A DNA stretch of 64,000 nt, from NCBI RefSeq assembly GCF_001194135.2, contig NC_069007.1, forward strand, positions 6,123,116 to 6,187,115. The letters are read 5' to 3'. Of this stretch, positions 23,481-36,522 are shown piece by piece. Origin of the DNA: Octopus bimaculoides (taxonomy: Eukaryota). How positions within the stretch are numbered: the first letter of the stretch is position 1; each line of letters opens with the position of its first letter. The notes under the pieces were generated by a model that was not told where the DNA came from, made no database searches, and saw nothing but the letters and a program-made list of their open reading frames with translations. The position numbers and the translations under genes were made by a program.

Positions 23481-23839
23481 CACATATATATNNNNNNNNN
23501 NNNNNNNNNNNNNNNNNNNNNNNNNNNNNNNNNNNNNNNNNNNNNNNNNNNNNNNNNNNNNNNNNNNNNNNNNNNNNNNNNNNNNNNNNNNNNNNNNNNN
23601 NNNNNNNNNNNNNNNNNNNNNNNNNNNNNNNNNNNNNNNNNNNNNNNNNNNNNNNNNNNNNNNNNNNNNNNNNNNNNNNNNNNNNNNNNNNNNNNNNNNN
23701 NNNNNNNNNNNNNNNNNNNNNNNNNNNNNNNNNNNNNNNNNNNNNNNNNNNNNNNNNNNNNNNNNNNNNNNNNNNNNNNNNNNNNNNNNNNNNNNNNNNN
23801 NNNNNNNNNNNNNNNNNNNNNNNNNNNNNNNNNNNNNNN

Positions 23840-23877
<38 letters not shown>

Positions 23878-24384
23878 ACACAACATATATCATTTGTAAT
23901 AAATACACACACAAAACACTCACACGCTCACACACAAACACACAGAGGCAGACAAAGGAGAAATTGCAATATAGTTGCATTTCTGTAATAGGTTGTGTGC
24001 CAGAGATGGGGGTAGAAGTTAGTGGGGGTGAGGCAGGAAGGTAATAGTAGAGGGGGTGGGGGTGAAGGCAATAAAAATTATATCACAATCCTAAAAAAGA
24101 GGAAAGAGAAATAAACCAAACAAAAACAAAAAAGTTCTCTTCATCTTTGGATTCATTTTAAAAGGAACAAATAAAATGAAATTGAATAAATAATAGAAAA
24201 AGTCTTTCAGTTGTTATGTTTTATTTTATTTTATTTGTTTTGATTTGTTTGTTGGCTTCTTTCTTTATTTGCGTTTATTCTTTTCCTGGTTCCAGTCATT
24301 AGACGTTAGTCATAATGGTCAAGCTTACAATGAGACACACAGACACACATGTTTGAGGTAGTATTAATAAATAAATAACTTATC

Positions 24385-24760
24385 TACCTAATTTTTAACA
24401 TCATCTCTTTCAAAGGAGTCCCACTGTGCAGCAATACATCAGTCCCAGCATTCTTGCCACTTTTGGAATCTGGCTTAGAAGTCATTTTCTGTAAGCGAGT
24501 CGAGGACTTTCTGCGATTGGCTCTAGATTTCAACAACACTCTTAAAATGTGACCTCTGAAGTGCATTTTCCTCTTGGAGAAGAAATGGAAGACCGTAATT
24601 ACTAAATCTGGTGAATAGGAAGTGATATCATGTTCAGAGTGAGGACAACTTGGTGGTGGGGTACATTATTGTTGTTCAGAATCCAATTCTTCATGAAAGC
24701 AGAGGTCCAGTTACTTTCACTGCATATCCTCTCTCAAATGCTTCAAAATGTCACAGTAAT
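24385..24760 (-). mobile_element. mariner transposase 3' relic
   Basis: KNWILNNNNVPH (for LHHDNAP), PYSPDL, ...SQSQKVLDSLTENDF*ARFQKWQECWD*CIAAQWDSFERD. Confidence 0.85.
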
Positions 24761-24890
24761 AAAGTATTGTAATTCGCTTGAAGCATTGTGTATTGTTTGT
24801 AAAGTATAAAAAGTTTTAGAATGGTACAACAATGCATTATAAAACCAAAAATGGACTATATACCTGTTGTAATTTGGTTATCTATAGTCC

Positions 24891-24926
24891 AATGATATTT
24901 CGGAATTACAATTCCTTCTTCAGATC
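24891..24926 (-). ncRNA. Minimal type-I hammerhead ribozyme motif, intact core
   Basis: GAT-CTGAAGA-A-GGAAT-tgta-ATTCC-GAAA-T-ATC/ATT; lies in a ~100-bp module (24891-24993) shared with 14094-14196. Confidence 0.75.
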
Positions 24927-25024
24927 TTCTTAGATGGAATCTCTGCTATAAACTGTTTTCCAACGGTTTTCTTTCTTCGGAAGTGTCTCAGTAGTGGTCT
25001 CACGAAGCTTCTTCTGGAATTCCT

Positions 25025-26239
25025 TATTGCGTTTTTAAATTTTGAAATCTATATTCTTTCAAGAATTCTATTTTTGAATCATTTTGAAATCTATTTTGTT
25101 TTTTTTTTCTTCTAGTTAATTTTTGTTTATTTTCAGATCATTAAAATGTCAAGTTAAGAAAAACAACTATTTTTGACACCTCCTCCTTTTTGCTTTTAAT
25201 CAAGGTTCTAAGGCCACATAAGCTTCTCGCAACATTTGTGCTGTGAATGCAGAGAGTGCCATAGCTGAAAGAACCGTTCGTGATTGGTATGTCAAGTTCA
25301 AAAATGGAAATTTTTGACCTCAAAGACACACCTCGCTCTCGCCGTCCTGTTGTGTTCAATCAAGAGCGATTAAACCAACTTTTGCATGAAAATTCTCGTC
25401 AAACAACAAGGGAACTGGCAGAGAAAATGGAATGCTCCCACACTGCTATAGAGAAGCATCTTCATTCGATGGGAAAGGTTCAGAAGTATGGAGCATGNNN
25501 NNNNNNNGGAATGCTCCCACACTGCTATAGAGAAGCATCTTCATTCGATGGGAAAGGTTCAGAAGTATGGAGCATGGGTTCCGCATGCTTTAAGTGACAA
25601 CAACAAAAATCAACGAGCCACAATCTCCTCTGGTTTGCTTGCTTGTCACCGCTCAACTCATGGACACAAGCAAAGATTTCTTTACTGAATCGTTACTGGC
25701 GACGAAAAATGGTGCCTGTACATCAATATGAAGCAGCGTAAGGAATGGCTTAAACCTGGTAAGCAAACCAAACGGTCAATGCGGACTTCTATGTTCAAGA
25801 TGGAACGACTCAACACGGGTATTCAAGAGAAAGGTTTAATCGGCAGCATGGAGTCCTTCTGCTGCACAACAACACCTGCCTTCATATCGCCAATATGACC
25901 AAGGAAGCCATTCAAACGCATGGCTTGGAAGTGCTGCCACACCCACCATACTCTCCTGATTTGGCACCAACAGATTTCCACCTCTTTCGATCTCTTTCAA
26001 ATGCTATGCGCGGAGTTTCGTTCAATACTGATGCAGAATTGAGAGCTTGGTTGGATCAATCTTTTGAGTTGAAATCGGGTGATTTCTACCAACGAGGTAT
26101 TGAAAATCTTGTTGAACATTGAGAAGAAGCTGTAAACAACAAGGGTGAATACATTATTGATTAATTAGTTGTTATTTTTTATTAAACCTTTTAAAAACTT
26201 TAAATTTTTAAAAACCGCAGGAACTTAGTTGCCAACCCA

Positions 26240-26240
<1 letters not shown>
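25025..26240 (+). mobile_element. DD34D mariner element, internally deleted
   Basis: GAWVPHAL, RIVTGDEKWCLY and HPPYSPDLAPTDFHLFRSL motifs; right TIR GGAACTTAGTTGCCAACCCAA|TA. The central part is deleted at a CAAAC microhomology (~25768). Confidence 0.93.
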
Positions 26241-26289
<49 letters not shown>

Positions 26290-26352
26290 ATACACTTATA
26301 TGTACTTATGTATATATACAGGCATGGCTGTGTGGTAAGAAGCTTGCTTCCC

Positions 26353-26900
26353 GTGCATGTGTCAGTCTATTCGCTGTGTTGATTTTTGACGAGTTGGATG
26401 GGATTTTTTGAGCTGCTTGGCAGTGGTTGTCAGTGAGTGTTATACCGGTGGAAAAAATGTATTCAGACCTTAGCGAGTATGAGCTGTCCTCAGCAGAGGA
26501 GGAGCTCATTAAGGCAGTAAATAGAATGGATGAGCATTTGGAAAGAGTAAAGAGTTTTGCTGAGGCTGCAGAGATGAAGAAAAGGGAAGTGGAGCTAGGT
26601 GGAGTGGATGAAGATGGAAAAAGTAGAAAAGGCATTGAAGAAGACTATATTAAAAAAAACATGCAGGAAAATTTTTAACAAACTGAAATTATCTCTACTT
26701 CCAGAGAGGGTAGAACAATTGCCTGGTGTGAACTGGGACCAAATTTGAGTGGAACAATGGAAATAATCATAAGAATTAAGAATTCTCTGAAATTGATGTG
26801 CCATTAATGCAAAGGTAGTTTCATTGTCTGGAGAAGACCACTGAACATATGTGTTTCTACCATAATAGGCATCATCAGCACAGCAAATTTCATGTCTTGT
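26353..26900 (+). pseudogene. Unidentified coding-like relic, possibly a retroelement ORF1
   Basis: ORF 26427-26678 (MYSDLSEYELSSAEEELIKAVNRMDEHLERVKSF..., acidic, coiled-coil-like) continues after a frameshift in an A-run (CRKIFNKLKLSLLPERVEQLPGVNWDQI). It abuts a truncated SINE-B head at 26320-26352. Confidence 0.35.
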
Positions 26901-27287
26901 CCCTGGTAGGACAAGACAGGCATATACAGAAAAAATAAGAAACATTTATGGTCAATGTAATTCGCATATACAAAGATACAACACACACAGAGTCTCTCTC
27001 TCTTTCTTTCTCTCTCTCTCTGTTTCCAACTGGACAAGTTATGTATTGATCTCTTCAGCATGAAACCAGTAGAAGAAGGTTCTCGCTTTGCAAGTACTTG
27101 ATGACTCCACTAATGTTGGTGCCACATAGTAATGCAGTTAGTACACTTTGTAAAGTGGTGGGCATTAGGAAAGGCATCAAGCTGTAGGGACCAAGCAAAA
27201 GCAGTGGTCATTTGAGCTCAATGAAGTCCCTAGACTGGTCAGACCCTGTTAAACCATTCAACCCCTGATGGCATGGTGAAACAGATT

Positions 27288-27855
27288 CTCTTTTATTCTG
27301 TTTTACTTGTTTCAGTCATTCGACTGCGGCCATGCTGGAGCACTGCCTTTAGTCGAGCAAATCGACCCCAGGACATATTCTTTGTAAGCCTAGTACTTAT
27401 TTTATCGGTCTCTTTTTGCCGAACCGCTAAGTTACGGGGACGTAAACACACCAGCATCAGTTGTCAAGCGATGTTGGGGATGATAGACACAAACACACAT
27501 ACATATATATATATATATATANNNNNNNNNNNNNNNNNNNNNNNNNNNNNNNNNNNNNNNNNNNNNNNNNNNNNNNNNNNNNNNNNNNNNNNNNNNNNNN
27601 NNNNNNNNNNNNNNNNNNNNNNNNNNNNNNNNNNNNNNNNNNNNNNNNNNNNNNNNNNNNNNNNNNNNNNNNNNNNNNNNNNNNNNNNNNNNNNNNNNNN
27701 NNNNNNNNNNNNNNNNNNNNNNNNNNNNNNNNNNNNNNNNNNNNNNNNNNNNNNNNNNNNNNNNNNNNNNNNNNNNNNNNNNNNNNNNNNNNNNNNNNNN
27801 NNNNNNNNNNNNNNNNNNNNTTAATTAATATATGATTAATTAACAGATTTTATAA

Positions 27856-27903
<48 letters not shown>

Positions 27904-28052
27904 CAACAGCTTCTTTCAGTTTCCGTCTACCAAATCCACTCACATGGCTTTGGTCAGCCCTAGGCTATAGTAGAAGACACTTGCCCAAGATGCCATGCAG
28001 TGGGACTGAACCCAGAACCATGTGGTTGGTAAGCAAGCTACTTACCACACAG
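27288..28052 (-). mobile_element. SINE family B interrupted by an N gap at its internal microsatellite
   Basis: 3' half at 27288-27520 and 5' half at 27900-28052 are in register. Confidence 0.85.
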
Positions 28053-29651
28053 TGGATTGATTATGATGATGATGAGGAGGAGGAGGAGGAGGAGGACATA
28101 AACACATGTGACATTGTTAAATTGTGAAGAAAACAAATGAATCAAATATTATTTCACCACCACCAGCACCACCACCATTGTCACCATAAACATCACTACA
28201 ACCACTACTACCACCACAACCACAAACATCACCACCACCACCACCATGTCGTGACATTTTCAACCTCAACTTTGCACTACACAACTGTTTCCATTAGATA
28301 ATTTCTAGTGAATTTCATGACTTACATTATTTCTAATCATATTACAAAATAGCATGTTGATATCTTGATCGGTGATATTTTTTATATCACATATTGTCCG
28401 GAACAAAACATAGCAAAAATATCACAAAATGTATAGAATAAATAAATTATAGACAAACCTAAAGTATTTGAAACTAAGAATTATATGCACACACAGAGAG
28501 ATATATGTGTGTGTGTGTATCTATATCTAGATATATGTGTGTGTGTGTATCTATATCTATATATATGTATGTATGCATATATATATGAATATATATAAGA
28601 NNNNNNNNNNNNNNNNNNNNNNNNNNNNNNNNNNNNNNNNNNNNNNNNNNNNNNNNNNNNNNNNNNNNNNNNNNNNNNNNNNNNNNNNNNNNNNNNNNNN
28701 NNNNNNNNNNNNNNNNNNNNNNNNNNNNNNNNNNNNNNNNNNNNNNNNNNNNNNNNNNNNNNNNNNNNNNNNNNNNNNNNNNNNNNNNNNNNNNNNNNNN
28801 NNNNNNNNNNNNNNNNNNNNNNNNNNNNNNNNNNNNNNNNNNNNNNNNNNNNNNNNNNNNNNNNNNNNNNNNNNNNNNNNNNNNNNNNNNNNNNNNNNNN
28901 NNNNNNNNNNNNNNNNNNNNNNNNNNNNNNNNNNNNNNNNNNNNNNNNNNNNNNNNNNNNNNNNNNNNNNNNNNNNNNNNNNNNNNNNNNNNNNNNNNNN
29001 NNNNNNNNNNNNNNNNNNNNNNNNNNNNNNNNNNNNNNNNNNNNNNNNNNNNNNNNNNNNNNNNNNNNNNNNNNNNNNNNNNNNNNNNNNNNNNNNNNNN
29101 NNNNNNNNNNNNNNNNNNNNNNNNNNNNNNNNNNNNNNNNNNNNNNNNNNNNNNNNNNNNNNNNNNNNNNNNNNNNNNNNNNNNNNNNNNNNNNNNNNNN
29201 NNNNNNNNNNNNNNNNNNNNNNNNNNNNNNNNNNNNNNNNNNNNNNNNNNNNNNNNNNNNNNNNNNNNNNNNNNNNNNNNNNNNNNNNTATATATATGAT
29301 AGATAGATGGTAATACAGATAAACATATATATATATTATATATGTAAGTATATATATGTATATATATGACATAAAGTTAGGGGGGGTGAAATGTGTGTGT
29401 AGAATTATTTTATTTTTTCATATGTGTATGTATGTATGTATGTATGTATGTATGTATATATATGTACGTATATATATATGTATATATGCATATCTAAATA
29501 TATACACATAACTATGTATTTGTGTGTGCGTATGTGATTTTACAGCAAAATAAACTCAACCAGAACAGGTGAAGTAATATTTTTTTTTTATATCTATAAA
29601 TATATTTTTCTATTCTTCCTCTGAGATTTACCAGAAAGAAAATAATTTAAT

Positions 29652-29698
<47 letters not shown>

Positions 29699-29810
29699 TT
29701 GTCATTATAGTTTGTGTCGCAGTATGAAATAATGTATTATATATATATATAAATAACTGTCTACACGTGTATGTGCATGTGTGTATATATGTGAATTTAT
29801 ATATCAATGC

Positions 29811-29846
<36 letters not shown>

Positions 29847-30139
29847 TTATGCATATATGTTTCATAAATAATAAAATGAATGGTTTACACCTGGTATATT
29901 CCATCTTCCATTCGCCATATTCATAGATAGCTGTATAAACTTGTGCATGTATATTTTATAAGTTTCTGTCTGTTTCTTTCTCTCTCTGTCAAGTTATATA
30001 TATATAAATATACACACAGTACCCAGTACACGCAGCTCCTGAGATGAAACTTATAATAAAAATAATAATAATAGTATTAATATATATACATATATCATCA
30101 TCATCATCATTGTTTAACGTCTGATGATGATGATGATGA

Positions 30140-30186
<47 letters not shown>

Positions 30187-30191
30187 GTATC

Positions 30192-30224
<33 letters not shown>

Positions 30225-30752
30225 GTATCTATATATATATATATGTATCTATATATATGTATCTATATGTATGTGTGTGNNNNNNNNNNNNNNNNNNNNN
30301 NNNNNNNNNNNNNNNNNNNNNNNNNNNNNNNNNNNNNNNNNNNNNNNNNNNNNNNNNNNNNNNNNNNNNNNNNNNNNNNNNNNNNNNNNNNNNNNNNNNN
30401 NNNNNNNNNNNNNNNNNNNNNNNNNNNNNNNNNNNNNNNNNNNNNNNNNNNNNNNNNNNNNNNNNNNNNNNNNNNNNNNNNNNNNNNNNNNNNNNNNNNN
30501 NNNNNNNNNNNNNNNNNNNNNNNNNNNNNNNNNNNNNNNNATATATATAATTATGTGTATTTCTTCTATCTTAATGAATAAAAATTCTTCTGATAGAATA
30601 AATGGGTTAATAGAAACCAATGTAGCAAAGAACACAAAATAACTGTGGTTAGCTCCTGTTTTTAAGGCAGGGACTCCTTGAAATTTTGGGTATTTGAGTA
30701 TATTTAAGAATTTAAGGATTGGAGAAAACGCATGTTATAATTGCATACTTTA

Positions 30753-30836
30753 TTCCTATATATGTTTCAAAGGATTACAACCTGTGTGATCCATAGGGAT
30801 CTTTGATATTAAAATTGTAACCTTCTCGTCAGGGAA
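30753..30836 (-). ncRNA. Type-I hammerhead-like motif with long, branched stem II
   Basis: TTCC-CTGACGA-GAAGGTTACAA-[loop containing GATCC-ctat-GGATC]-TTGTAATCCTTT-GAAA-CATATA-TA/GGAA. Stem III is one substitution away from the palindrome ACATATGT. Confidence 0.65.
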
Positions 30837-30997
30837 AGCATGGGAATCATCTTAAACGTAAGACATTATGACCGATTATGAAAACAATAGATATATATAT
30901 ATATACAGTCAGAGTGAGAGAGAAAGAAAGAGAGATGTATGTGCATATACATAAATTCTGGTACCATAAACTTAGTGTACCATAAGTGTAACATGAA

Positions 30998-31028
<31 letters not shown>

Positions 31029-31096
31029 ACATACATACATATACACAAACATTTATGTATATATATTGTACTTATATATTCATACATATATAAATA

Positions 31097-32215
31097 TGAG
31101 GTGTTGTCAAAAAGTATCCAAATTTGATTTCTTTTTGCATGCAAAATGCACATGGGCATCAGGTGACCATGACCTTCCTGAGCATGTGCAAACATTTTCG
31201 CATTTGTAGGTTGCACCATTTGCCTGCAGTGATACATTGAGTCCAGATGTGAAGAGTGTGCTGTACGATTTTTCTTTTTGATTCAAGATGACTCAGTGCA
31301 TCGAGTGAAGATATTGTATCAAATTCTGCCAAAAACTTGGTGATACACAAGCCCAGACTATCAAGAAGATTCAGAAGGCATTTGGTGATGATGCTATGGG
31401 AAAAAAAACACAACTGATTCAAAGATAGCTGCACCTTAGTGGACAGTGAGCCACGTTGTGGCCAGATAATTAACACAGAATGTGGCACTCCGTCACTTAC
31501 GACGTCGAGGGTACCAGTTGATCCGATCAATGGAACAGCCTGCTTGTGAAATTAATGTACAAGTGGCTGAGCACTCCACAGACACGTGTACCCTTAACGT
31601 AGTTCTCGGGGATATTCAGCATGACACAGTGTGACAAGGCTGACCCTTTGAATTAAAGGCACAACAGAAACAGGGAGTAAGAGTGAGAGAATGTTGTGGT
31701 GGAAGAGTACAGCAGGGTTCGCCACCATCCCCTGCCGGAGCCTTGTGGAGCTTTAGGTGTTTTCACTCAATAAACACTCACAACGCCCGGTCTGGGAATC
31801 GAAACCGCGATCCTATGACTGTGAGTCCGCTGCCCAAACCACTGAGCCATTGCGCCTCCACTAACAAAGAATACTATTTGGGGTTTCTTCATCGCCTTTG
31901 TGAAGCTGTGCAGTGAAAACAACCCAACTTGTGGGCAGCAAAGAACTGACAACTCCACCATGACAATGCACCCGCTCATTCTATCAACCTCGTCCAAGCA
32001 TTCCTTGTCAAGCAAAACACACCACTTGTTTGTCAGTCTTCCAACTTCCCAGAAATGGCTCCATGTGACTTTTTGGTATTCCCAAAGTTCAAAAAAACCA
32101 CTTAAAGGGAGATTTCAGTAAACAGAAGACACTAAGCAAAATTTGGCGGCACAACTCTACAGCATCCCAAAAAGGGATTTCCAGAAATGTTTCCGGCAGC
32201 AAAAAGAAAGCAAAG
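31097..32215 (+). mobile_element. DD34D mariner relic split by a family-A SINE
   Basis: TIR-like TATGAGGTGTTGTCAAAAAGTATCC; RYCIKFCQKLGDTQAQTIKKIQKAFGDDAM; after the SINE: NKEYYLGFLHRL...QLHHDNAPAH...EMAPCDFLVFPKFK. Confidence 0.9.
31481..31859 (-). mobile_element. SINE family A
   Basis: Full-length reverse copy. Confidence 0.92.
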
Positions 32216-32460
32216 ACTGAAGATTTAAGGATACATATATATTTTTGTATTTCTTTTATTTTACTTGTTTCAGTCATGCTGCAGCAATGCCTTAAATGAT
32301 TTTAGTTGAACAAATGAACTCCAGGACTTATTTTTTAAGCTTAGTACTTGTTCTATTATTCTCTTTTGCCAAAACTGCTAAATTACAGGGACATAAACAC
32401 ACCAACACCGGTTGTGAAGCAGTGATGTGGGGACAAATACAGACGCACAGACACACATTC

Positions 32461-32492
<32 letters not shown>

Positions 32493-32607
32493 CATAATAG
32501 GGTAAAAATTTGGTATTAATTAATATCAATTTAATACCAGGAAAGCAGCACATTAAAAGAATCAGAAGATTCAGAAAAAATTTTCTGAGATCTCAAAAGG
32601 ATTATCG

Positions 32608-32761
32608 TATATTTATATATAAAAAAGTCCACTAAGTGGACTGGTAATGTGCTAGAAAAAGATCACTTAAAAATCCACTGAGAATTCTTTGAGAATTTTT
32701 AAGTGATCTTCTTCTAGTACATTACCAGTTCACTTAGTGGTCTCTTTTATATATAAATATA
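32608..32761. repeat. Foldback hairpin (67-bp arms, 20-nt loop)
   Basis: 32608-32674 mirrors 32695-32761 with a few mismatches. Confidence 0.9.
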
Positions 32762-33169
32762 AATGTGTGTGTGTGTGTGTGTGGCTTCTTTCAGTTTCTA
32801 TCTACCAGAGCCACTCACAAGTCTTTGGGAGTTCACCAGAATGTTGCTGCCAATAATAGAAGAACATACACTTTGGGTAAATCAAGCCTCTGCCTTCACA
32901 GCAGGGTTAAAATCTTACATTTCAGATCCAGATTCAGAGAAGCTGAAAGGTGGATATATGTATATCTTTCTATTCCATCTCCTTCTTTCCTCTTTCATCT
33001 CTACCCCCCACCTCTCTCTCTCTCCCATTTGCTCACGCTAACTTTAAACTCCCCCAAGGGCATTCAGCTATGAAAGAATTTTCAACTCCAGTTTTAACTT
33101 CTCCAAATAGTCGTGCCATGAACCCACCTTACAGAATATTCCTTAATTCTGTTTTCTCTAACTCTCTAA

Positions 33170-33560
33170 ATTCTTTAGCTCCCATTTCATGGTATTACCA
33201 TTCCCTACACACACACACACATACACACACACACACACGCTAAAATCTTTGCATGACCCTCACCAGTGAAATGAAACAAGCTTCAACAGGAAATTATCAT
33301 GTGACCTCTCAACAGCATATTCCTCAATTCTTCCCATTTTTCAGAGATACCATTCCTTACCTTCATGCACACGCACACACACATACAAACAAACACACAA
33401 GCGAAAATCCATGCAAGACTCTCACCAGTGAAATGAAACAAACTTCAACTCATGTTAGAAATTCTATAGGTAATTGGCATCATGTGACCTCTCAATTCTT
33501 CCCATTTCCCAGAGTTACCATTCCTTACCTTCATCCACACACACACACACACACATTCAC
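33170..33560. repeat. ~150-165 bp tandem repeat (about 2.5 units) with embedded (CA)n
   Basis: CTCACCAGTGAAATGAAACAA, CATGTGACCTCTCAA and TACCATTCCTTACCTTCAT recur. Confidence 0.8.
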
Positions 33561-33856
33561 CAATATCTTTTATTGATCCTAACTTCAAATTCTTCAGGAG
33601 CCTGTCATAGTCTAACCTCACTGTTAAATGCAAATTTATTTGGTTTCCTGTTATTCTTTTTTACTCCATATTGTTCCGTTTATTCTAATTTACCATTTTC
33701 TAAGAACTCACACATGCGTTCATAAACACTCACACACATACACACACACAATTAGGCCAACTCTGCCTTTGGCTCATCGTCTTAGCAGAATTATTGTTAA
33801 TCTGATTTCAAAGGAAATCGTTTAGAATTTACTTCCAGTTCAGTGCACCTGCCCCT

Positions 33857-33900
<44 letters not shown>

Positions 33901-34009
33901 TACACACATATAAAAATACACATGGGGAACACACGTACAGAAAAAATCACACGCACATACACACACACACACACAAATACAAACACAAACACACACTGAA
34001 GCCTGCATG

Positions 34010-34042
<33 letters not shown>

Positions 34043-34986
34043 TGAACCTTGCATAGGCAAATATAAAGACTGAAGTGAGCATATGTACACATGGACAAAG
34101 ACATACACTGAAATATGCACACTCACACACAAAATGAAGCATGCAGACACACACACACATACACACACAAAGACATACTGATACATACATGCATACACAC
34201 ACATACATGCATACTGAATCTTGCATACACACATACACACACTGAAACAAGTATTATTTTGGAAGGACACACACACACACACACACGTACATTCAGAAAC
34301 ACACTAACCCTGGTGCCGCAAACTTATCCCTAGGAAAATATTTGGAATGTAATTTTCAAAGACAATGATTTGGAATTTATTTAACCAAATAATGAACCCT
34401 GCCTTGATAAAACACACACACACACAAACACACATGCACACATATAAACACACGCGCACACACACACACACTCACATACACAAACACATGCACACACAAA
34501 CACTCACATACACAAACACACATGCACATACTCACATACACAAACACACATGCACACATATAAACACACACAAACGCACACACACACACATACACACACA
34601 ACAAAATAACATGGTTAAGCACTTTGACTCTTTGGTTACCACAGTTCTGTTGAAATAGTTTTTGTTTCAATAAAAAAATATCGAGTTTCTTAAAATAATT
34701 TTCTCATTATTTCTAAGTTGTTTTGAAATAAAAATCAATTTCATTGCGGCCATGCTGGAGCTCCAACCTGAAAACGTTTAGTCAAATGAATCAACCCCAG
34801 TGCTTATTATTTCTTTGTAAAGCCTCATGCGGGTGGGAAACAAGCTACTTACCACACAGCCATACCTGCACCTACATGAATATTATACAAAACTTAAATG
34901 GAAGGTTTGTTTTTGGATCGCTTTAAAACAAGGAATTTGTTCCATAGAACCAGAGATAGTCTCAGGCAAGTTGGCATCAAAACGGT

Positions 34987-35365
34987 TAACCCTTATGTTA
35001 CCATATTCCTGTTGGAATACACAGTCTTTATTTCAATTAATTTTGAAAATAATGAAAAATTGAGAAAGTCACCGTATCGATATTGAGCTGTTGTTTGGAA
35101 TATAAATTAACATGAAATTTTGATGGAAGGTTTAGTTTGGATCACTTTAAAACGAAGAATTTCTATCATAGACCCAGAGACAGTTTTAGGCAATTTGCTA
35201 CCAAAAGGCTAACTCTTTTGTTACCATATTTCTATTGAAATACATAACCTTCATTTGAATTAATTTTCAAAAAAGCGAAGAATTTGGCAAAGTAACATGT
35301 CAATATTAACTTGTGTTTGGAATACAAATTAGTGTCAAATTTAGATAGAAGCTTTCAATTTACAT
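34987..35365 (+). mobile_element. Tandem TTAA-type MITE copies (piggyBac-like ends)
   Basis: Units begin TTAACCCTT(A/T)TGTTACCA and end ..ATCAAAACGGTTAA / TACCAAAAGGCTAA; adjacent copies share the TTAA. Confidence 0.65.
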
Positions 35366-35547
35366 CATTTTAACTGTTTAGCATTTAAACTGACCATATC
35401 CGGCTCAAATATTCTGTCTATTTTATGCTAAAACTGGCCGAATCTGACCACTCACACCTTTCCAATAATGTTATTCTAAAGGTAAGCAATTACAACATCG
35501 AAAATGTAAAACTACAACATAATACAGGGACCATGAAAAAAAGAGTC

Positions 35548-35780
35548 AAGGTTCCCCTGTCAAGTCTTATTCAGTGAACTCACTCCAGGTAAAAGACCAT
35601 AGACACAAGGACCAACTCAAAGCAATCGCGTATACTTGAAGTTTATGAATCATTTTCGTTTTTGCCCGTAGGCTGCAAATTGGCATAGAGAGATTACTCT
35701 CTCAAAGCCCCAGGTGATAAAACACCTGAAAGTCATGGATAGGTGAGACAACTCACTTCCAATCTCTTAGAGGAGTGATG
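35548..35780 (+). mobile_element. RTE-clade LINE ORF2 3' fragment
   Basis: RFPCQVLFSELTPGKRP*TQGP resembles the RTE motif RLPKQxLxxELxxGKR. Confidence 0.55.
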
Positions 35781-36007
35781 GACATTTATGATTCACATAC
35801 CTGAAAATATACGAAGCATATTTGTTAAGTACATGTGATTGATGATGTTCATATTTAAATATATATATATNNNNNNNNNNTGGATGCCCTTCCTAACGCC
35901 AACCACTCTGAGAGTATAGTGGGTTCTTTTACGTGCCACCGGCACGAAGGACAGTCAGGTGGTACTGGCGACGGCCACGCTCGAAATGGTGTATTTTACG
36001 TGCCACC

Positions 36008-36041
<34 letters not shown>

Positions 36042-36043
<2 letters not shown>

Positions 36044-36392
36044 AATAGTTATCGCCAAGCCAACATGGCAGTCCAAAAAATAGGATGAATGCTGCTGTTG
36101 TTTAGCTCCAAGAGGCCATTGCCTCTAGCTAGGTATGTAACACACGAACCTGTGTCCATTATAACCTTCGAACAGGGGAGGTCAGCCACTTCCCCTTGCT
36201 AGTCTGTAGAAACTAGTCTGTAGATACCAGACCAGCAAGGGGAAGCGACTGACCTCCTCTGTTTGAAGGTTATAATGGACACAGATTTGTGTGTCACATA
36301 GCTAGCTAGAGGCGATGGCCTCTTAGAGCTAATCAATGGCAGCATTCGTCCTATTTTTGGGATTGCTATGTTGGCTTGGCGATAATTATTAA
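36042..36392. repeat. Foldback element (~165-bp arms, short loop with internal duplication)
   Basis: 36042-36207 mirrors 36227-36392; the loop contains CTAGTCTGTAGA twice. Confidence 0.9.
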
Positions 36393-36453
36393 TATCCAGT
36401 TCCACTGCCGTAGTCTCCTTTAGAGAGACTTAGAAATATTAATATTTCTATAA

Positions 36454-36518
<65 letters not shown>

Positions 36519-36522
36519 CACA

